Assembly: GCF_001194135.2 (NCBI RefSeq)
Contig: NC_068982.1
Location: 39,940,549 to 40,001,131, forward strand
Direction of reading: 5' to 3'
Length of the DNA stretch: 60,583 bases
Source: Octopus bimaculoides
Taxonomy: Eukaryota
Part shown: piece after piece, positions 53,560 to 60,583 of the stretch
Numbering within the stretch: position 1 is the stretch's first letter
Layout of the letters: every line of letters starts with the position of its first letter
Notes under the pieces: generated by a model
The model's database searches: none
Told to the model about the DNA's origin: nothing
The model's input: the letters and a program-made list of their open reading frames with translations, nothing else
Program-made: the position numbers and the translations under genes

Positions 53560-54400
53560 TTTATAGGCTGGTAGAAATTATTTATGGGAACTAAAGGTGT
53601 GTTTTTGCCAATGTTTACAACGATAAACACGTTCTTTAAACATGTTTAAAGAGTATTCTCCGAGAAAAGAATGAGAAAGTGCTCATCGTTACAGAGCGGA
53701 CAAAAAGATTTATCTTTGTCATATGGGAAAGATTTAGAAAGAAATTTCATTCCAAATCGAATTTTTATCATGTTCCTTTATAGACCAAATTTATTTACTA
53801 AGCCCAGTATTGTTGCATTTATTGATATGTCTAAATGTAGAGTAATGGTTAGATATTCTATTCGACAACTGAAACGATGAGCTACAATATAAGGAAAGAA
53901 ATCAGAACCGGAAGTAATTTTACATTGATGAACAGAGTTTCTAGTCTTAGAATCACATCTAAGGAAACGAACACGATTCGAATTTATATCACAAATATTA
54001 ATATTGTTTTATTAGTGTTCAAAGAATGGTTAGCATTAACAATATCACTGTTATCATTTCTATTAAGTGGATTTATATTTAACAACTTATTATTATGCGT
54101 AGAAATGATTTGTGAAAGGATTTTGATGTTTGAAAAACCTATCCTAATTCGGTGTGAATTGATAATGGAATGGTATCTGGTATTTTTTGGAAAATTCTCA
54201 TCTATAGCTTCACGAAACCGGTAAGGGAGGCTGGATTTGATCTGCTTATAATATGGAATGATCAGCCAAACTGTTTTACGAGGACACATCTTGTCATTGG
54301 GGTAATTATCTTTAAAAGTCCTAGTTTTATTTTTATTACGTATAAAGGGATATAAAGAACGATTATCTCCCTTACACTGCAAAATTACATTTTTCACACA
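53560..54400 (-). mobile_element. Penelope-like element, linker plus GIY-YIG remnant
   Basis: RKTVWLIIPYYKQIKSSLPYRFREAIDENFPKNTRYHSIINSHRIRIGFSNIKILSQIISTHNNKLL; SSSFQLSNRISNHYSTFRHINKCNNTGLSK*IWSIKE; FPYDKDKSFCPLCNDEHFLIL. Confidence 0.82.
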
Positions 54401-54418
54401 TTGAAAAAATACACATAC

Positions 54419-54460
<42 letters not shown>

Positions 54461-54599
54461 TGTGTGTGTGTGTATGTGTTTGTGTGTGTGTGTGATGTTC
54501 TAAGTCACCTACTGACTGCTTTATTTATTCCAGTTACTTGTTTGTTTTATGTAAATCTGTAACAGAATTTTACAGTTTACCTGACAAAGCAGGAATGAA

Positions 54600-57050
54600 T
54601 AGTTGAAGAAGATTTTCAATTCCGGCACATATACATTATAGTCATAATTTTCCTAATGCAAATAATGTTCCGTCACATAAATATTTGCAATTTTGTTGGT
54701 AGTCCTAAAACTTTGGGAATATTCTTGCAATTAGGTTATCGACTAACGAATCTTGTGCACATTGAGGTTGAACCAAATTTTTTGCATCAAGGGTACCTAT
54801 TTCTTCAAGTTTTAATGCATATTAAACAAATTCTTCGATGTGAAATCCTCAGCAAAAACGGTAGCTCTCACATATGTTCACAAATAATATAAAGTAAAGT
54901 AAATTAATAGCTCATCTGCTTTGTGATTGTACAAGCGCTGACCGCAAATCTTTGAGAATTTTCATAATCAGACCTTCCAAAGCTGTCTTTTTTTTCTTTA
55001 TATCCTGTTGCGCGCTCCTCATAAACATTGAGGTGACATTTCTTTAATACTTGTCACACCCCAGATATTTGCTAATATCACGCATTGTAGTTCATTCTTA
55101 AATAAATTCATAAAGACTTTGGAAGTGGAATTTGCTGTTTTTCCTGCAGAAAATAATGTAGCAGCGATACTTTGACGAGTAACTGTCATAGGAATTTTTT
55201 CTGTTGTTGAACTTGGACAAGCGATAGATTATTTATTTTACCAGCTGCTGTATAAGCATCAAGAAAAGTATCTCCCTCTTTGATATAAAACCCACCTAAA
55301 GGCAATGAAGAATGAGAGCAATTTGGTTCATTTTCTCTAACATCTTTATAATTCTTTAGTGCTGTGAAAAGTTTGTTTTAAGTGTTGTATTGTTAAGTTA
55401 CTGCTTTCAAAAAGATACATATGAAAATATGATAAAATTCCTGGCAAATCTCATATTTGTAATTTTCTGCAATATTGTTTTTGTAGTTTAATTCTATTGC
55501 TACTGAGTTACCTAAATCCCAGTTTTGGGATAGATTAGCAAACAATGTCTTGAAACTTGCCTCTCTTCACCACAGCACACGCGGCGTCCTTCAGCATGTA
55601 GCAATGATATGGTAAAAGGTACTATTTTATAAGAAGCTTAAATATAACCACTAGCGATTACAACATCGACAAAGAAGTGAGGGTAAGAAATTCCATGAGG
55701 AAGCATCCCTAAGTAGAAACTGCCTCACTGAGTTGGGCGAACTCTTACAAGAACATTGGCCTCCGACCTCAGTCCTGCGTTTTTACAATTTCTTCGTTTA
55801 TTGTTTCATGTAGAATAGGACGCCAACTTCATTTTTTGTACAGTAGGATATAAGCAAGATTCATTTTGGCAAATTTAAACAAACCCCTTAATGTAAATTT
55901 GTCTTTGGTTAGGAAGTTTTGATTTGCAGTTTTAGTTCTTTCAGTAGTAAAATATATATTGCATAACCGAATTTATAGTTTGCATTACGACATTTCAAAA
56001 TAATATTTCGTTTCACATGAATTTCTCAGTCGTAACAATTACCACTTCAGTAAATTCGGGATCAGTAAATCAGCCGGTGCTCTTCAGACTGTCTTTTGTT
56101 GGCATGAGTGATAACATGTAAATCCAGAATGGAAGAATATTCTAATCCATTCCAAAATCTTTTGGTATGAAACTGGCTTTCATGTAGTAATTCTTCCAGA
56201 TTTAAAATGAGCTCTAAAGTTGTGCTTGAAAAGGCTTTACAGAATAATTCCGCTCCTTTTTTTAATGTCATCTAGAAAATATACCTGTAAAAAGTACGCC
56301 TCTTTATTTTTGAAACGAATGGAGAAAACTATTTCTTTGGTAAGATCGATCCTTTCACTTTAAAACCGAGCATAAATGCACTTTCCCTGATACATTTTGC
56401 ATCGGACCATGTCATTTGAAAAGCATAATCACATGATCGAAAATGTTTTGATTCTGAAATGGTGTTCAAAAGAAGATCCACCATGTTTTCTGGTAGCTTC
56501 AGTAGAAACATACGCACATTTCTGTTATATTGAGCAATACACTTGCTACATATTTTGCATGCAGAGTCATAGGATACAGATTTTTTCAGATGCTTAATAA
56601 TGATTAGGATCACAAGTGAACGTAGTACTCTTCCATTGCATTCGTCCATAATTTTTCTTTAAATTTTCTCTGCAACACACTGTCTCGTTTAATCATATTT
56701 TTGTTTTGCTTCGTTTTATTTTTATTTTTTTGCTCTCTTTTTTTTTTCCATCTTTCGCTTTTTCTGCAATCTTATTTCCTTGTCTCCTTCCATTTTTTGA
56801 GCTTTTATTTTTTTAATTTTCCTTCTTTCTCTGCATCATATTCCCCCACCCTTATCACTTTCTTTTTTTTTTCCTTTTCCCTTTCATACTTCATCATTTT
56901 GTTTTTCATTTCACAGTTGTTATTCTCTCATTTTTCCTTTTCTTCCGATATTTTCGTATTGTTACGCTCTGTCATTTTACAAAGTGCCATTCTCTTCCTT
57001 TTTGTCACTGTCTTGCAATATTTCTTTTCCACTTACATTTCTCTCATGTT
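54600..57050 (-). mobile_element. Highly decayed, internally deleted Helitron (Rep N-terminus and PIF1-like helicase)
   Basis: CKICSKC..SKHFRSCDYAFQMTWSDAKCIRESAFMLGFKVKG resembles the Helitron N-terminal FQMTS..FKVQG region. Helicase motifs: FLDAYTAAGK (degenerate Walker A), TVTRQSIAATLFSAGKTANSTSKVFMNL, KTALEGL..LKDLR, TVFAEDF. A Lys/Glu-rich stretch lies at 56650-57050. Confidence 0.78.
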
Positions 57051-57954
57051 CATGAGTGTATATGGGAAAAAGAACATCATATAGCGGCCGTTTTCAGTTT
57101 GAACAATACATACTACAGATATCTTCCTTTCCGGAAACACTCGATCGCTCATGGTGAAAGGTGGAACAATAATTTCGTTACCATTTTTACGATGAACCTG
57201 AATTACTACATTAGGTAATTTACCAATGGCACCCATGTCAACATAACTGCTTTATATTCCATCATGTGTCATGTATGTAAAATATTTTTGTATTGCAAGG
57301 AATAGAATGAAACTACATTTCCCTGGTACATATATACTATATGACTTCTTTTCAAATAGTACAGTTATTAATATTGTCATTAAAAAAGCGTGACAAGATT
57401 CTATGCAAACAATAACCACGGCGAATGACTGTTTTTAAATGGATTCTGGACATGAGGTTAGTAATTTGATTTATTAAATACTTTTCATTGAATGTTACAA
57501 GGTACATTACTTACACTTTACACTTAGATGGCTTCCTCGCAAAGAGTAAAGTGATTGATCTTCTCATCAATCGAGAGTGATAAAGCTGTAAGTCTTCATA
57601 TGCAATTGCCTTCTTCCACTGTAGCTGGTAGTTGTTAACACAAAACTAGAAAGGTAATAATATATGTATAATGCTTCCGTGTAGTTTCAGTTAAACTAAT
57701 GAGTAGTTAACATATAACTGTATGCGTGCAGGGAAGAGGAAGAGTGGCAAGAGATAGTGTGTAAAATAAAGCCAGATAGACAAAGGAGGATAGATACAGC
57801 CAGAATCAAAGAACTGAAAGCAAGAATATATGGAAAGATGCGAAACTTTAAAGGAGAGAGGTAGGGTGAAATAGATTGAGATAGTGCAAAAGAAAGTGAA
57901 GTGCGAACAGACAGAAATTCATTTGAGAAATTCATACTTATGCATGTGTACGTA

Positions 57955-58016
<62 letters not shown>

Positions 58017-58295
58017 ATGTATGTGTGTGTGTGTGTATGTGTGTGTGTGTGTGTGCGTGTGTGTGTATAAAATCAATTAATTATTTGTAGGATTCGTTCA
58101 TATCAAAGTATCTTAATAATAAGGACACCAAATCAGAGTCGAGGTTAGCTTATCCGCGTGAATAACGTATGCAGAAACTCATGCATATATCAATGTATAT
58201 ATGGACATGCTCTAACACTTCACATAGACGCACATCGAAATATCGATAAACACATTCATATAAGTACACATGTGTATGGAAAATATACATATATA

Positions 58296-58758
58296 GGCGC
58301 AAGCGTGGCTGTATGGTATGAAGCTTGCTTTCCAGCCACATGATTTCGAGTTGTCCAACTGCGTGGTACCTTCTCTCAAGTGTTTTCTCCTATAGCCTCA
58401 GGTGGACTTGGTAAACAGAAACTGAAAGAAGCCCGTCATATGTGTATGTGGGTGCGTGCGTGTGTGTGTCTATGTGCGTGTGTGTGTCTGTCTGTGTGTG
58501 TGTGTGTGTGTGAGTGTGTGTGTGCGTGCGTGTGTGCGTGTGTGTGTGTGTGTGTGTGTCTGTGTCTATGTTTGTACCCCCACCTATCACTTGATAACCG
58601 ATGTTGGTGTGTACATGTCTCTGTAACTTAGCGGCTCGGCAACAGAGACCGATAAAATAAGTACTAGGCTTACAAAGAATAAGTCATGGAATCGACTGGC
58701 TCGACTAAAGGCGGTGCTCCAGCATGACTGAAACAAGTAAAAGAATAAAAGAAAAAAG
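58296..58758 (+). mobile_element. Near full-length tRNA/CORE-like SINE with internal (TG)n
   Basis: ggcgcaagcgtggctgtatggta head, tgcgtggtacctt..caagtg core, ataagtactaggcttacaaagaataagtc..ggcggtgctccagcatg..ctgaaacaagtaaaagaataaaaga tail. Possible TSD AATATACAT (58282-58290, 58759-58767). Confidence 0.88.
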
Positions 58759-59095
58759 AATATACATTCCGGCAAGTATTTTCACGATTCCCTTTGAAGT
58801 CAAGATCCAACGTAAAGAAGGTTCCAGGTCTCGTCTTTACATAAAGAAAACACAAATAGGCTGAAGTTCACTATATCTGTTTCGGAGATGTTTTTATTGG
58901 TGGATACACTAGTTATATGATTACAAAAAAGAAAAAATAATAGTTCCTTCTGGTCAATTACAACTTAAAGATTAAAAATTTGCCGCAGAGAAAATATCAA
59001 AAAATAGAAAAGATGGTGACCAGCAGAAACGGATTTGTTCATGATATAATCAGTGTATTCATCAGTAAAAAAAAACACGTATGAAACATTCGTAT

Positions 59096-59167
<72 letters not shown>

Positions 59168-59518
59168 ATGCTCCTGCATGACCTCAGCATTTGGGCTGAA
59201 ACGTATAAATGAATATATACCTGTATGTATATGCATTTATATTTGTATGTATGTGTGTATGTTTAATTTTTGTTTATAAAGTCTAGAAAATGCATGTTAT
59301 AAGAAATGATACAAATTGATGGCATTTACTTTCACCTATTCGTTGTTAAAACATTTCCTTCACAAAATCTTCGGAGAAGTGACATTATTAATTGACTTTT
59401 CTGTTCTATAACATGTGCTTATAAAGGATGGCTTTTCATGCGCAGGATAGCTTTGATTTACCAGTTGATCATCTGCGCGCCGATCGCTTCAGTTGTTAAT
59501 ATGTCGGTTGGTTTTAAA

Positions 59519-59865
59519 ACGGTAAGCAGGCAAAATCGTTAACACGCCTGGTGAAATGCCTAACAGCATTTAGTCTTTACGATCTGAGTTCAAATTCTTT
59601 CGTGGTTGACTTTGCTTGTCATCCTTTCGGAGTCCTGGGATCGAAGTAACCGACTTATTTGCTCCCGACTTATCTCGAAGTTGCTGGCCTTGTGTGAAAA
59701 TTTGAAACTAACATGTGGCTTGGTCTTCAGGCAGTGAGCTTCCAGAGTCGCTAACACGCCGGGCAAAATGTTTGGCGACATTTCGTTCGACTTTGGTTTT
59801 TTCCTTTCGAGGTCGATAAAATAAGTACCACTCGAGCACTGAGGTCGATTGAATTGATTTAACCT
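59519..59865 (+). mobile_element. Two tandem diverged Meta-like SINE copies
   Basis: gcaggcaaaatcgttaacacgcc..gagttcaaatt..gactttgc..catcctttcggagtc, and gctaacacgccgggcaaaatg..cctttcgaggtcgataaaataagtacc. Confidence 0.8.
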
Positions 59866-60014
59866 TCGATATGAGGTCCCTAAGTCGCGCACATATAGCT
59901 GTGATACATGTGCCCAGGGTAAATTTCTCAGACGGGTAGTCATGATGAGTATACTGGGCCTCGTATTTATTTACCCCAGCGTCACTTTGATGCCGTGTGA
60001 AGCTCCCTCACTCT

Positions 60015-60121
60015 ATAATAATAATAATAATAATAATGATAATAATAATGATGATGATGATGATGATGATGATGATAATAATAATAATAATAATGATAAT
60101 AATAATAATAATAATAATAAT
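60015..60121. repeat. Compound (AAT)n-(GAT)n-(AAT)n microsatellite
   Basis: Direct reading. Confidence 0.95.
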
Positions 60122-60444
60122 TTCAATTTTTGGTGCAAGGCCAGCAATTTCGGCTAAAGTCGACCTCAGCGGAATTTGAACTTAGAGCGTAAAGATGAAC
60201 GAAATATCGATAATCATTTTGCTCGGCGTGCTAACGATTCTGCCACCTCGCCGCCTTTAACCTTTTTAGTATAAGGCTTGAAATTTGTAGGGAGGAGACC
60301 AGTCGATTACATCAACTCCTGATCAACTGGAAGTTATTTTATCGAACCCGCGGCGGAATTTGAACTCAGAACGTACGGACAGACGGACGAAACACCGCTA
60401 AGCATTTTGCCCGGCATGCTAACGATTCTGCTAGTTCGTTGCCT

Positions 60445-60447
<3 letters not shown>
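60122..60447 (-). mobile_element. Two tandem Meta-like SINE copies between (AAT)n arrays
   Basis: gcggaatttgaact.agag/aac..cattttgc.cggc.tgctaacgattctgc occurs twice. Confidence 0.85.
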
Positions 60448-60503
<56 letters not shown>

Positions 60504-60583
60504 GAAAAAGAAGAAGAAGAAGAAGAAGAAGAAGAAGAAGAAGAAGAAGAAGAAGAAGAAGAAGAAGAAGAAGAAGAAGAAGA
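60448..60583. repeat. (AAT)n followed by (GAA)n running off the window end
   Basis: Direct reading. Confidence 0.95.

Overview
AT-rich, microsatellite-saturated animal genomic DNA with 13 N-gaps, 12 of them abutting (TA)n/(CA)n/(CT)n-type arrays. The SINE families and repeat landscape resemble an octopus (coleoid cephalopod) short-read assembly; this is inference, no database was searched. Almost every ORF in the supplied track is a microsatellite or N artefact. Recognisable content: (1) one convincing + strand coding exon (48460-48618) of an unidentified gene, with a phase-compatible 16-nt microexon (49547-49562) and weaker upstream candidates. (2) Decayed autonomous transposons: two distinct R4/Dong-like restriction-like-endonuclease (RLE) non-LTR retrotransposon families, four Penelope-like element (PLE) fragments, a mariner transposase remnant with related MITEs, and a Helitron Rep/helicase remnant. 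(3) At least three tRNA-derived SINE families, some with clear TSDs. (4) Several foldback or inverted-repeat structures. The most unusual object is a TSD-bounded, head-to-head palindromic element at 24481-24925 that joins a tRNA-like Pol III head to a minimal hammerhead ribozyme of the type found in PLE termini. Also notable: two copies of an RLE retrotransposon both embedded in (TACA)n arrays, and a second RLE family abutting (TAA)n.
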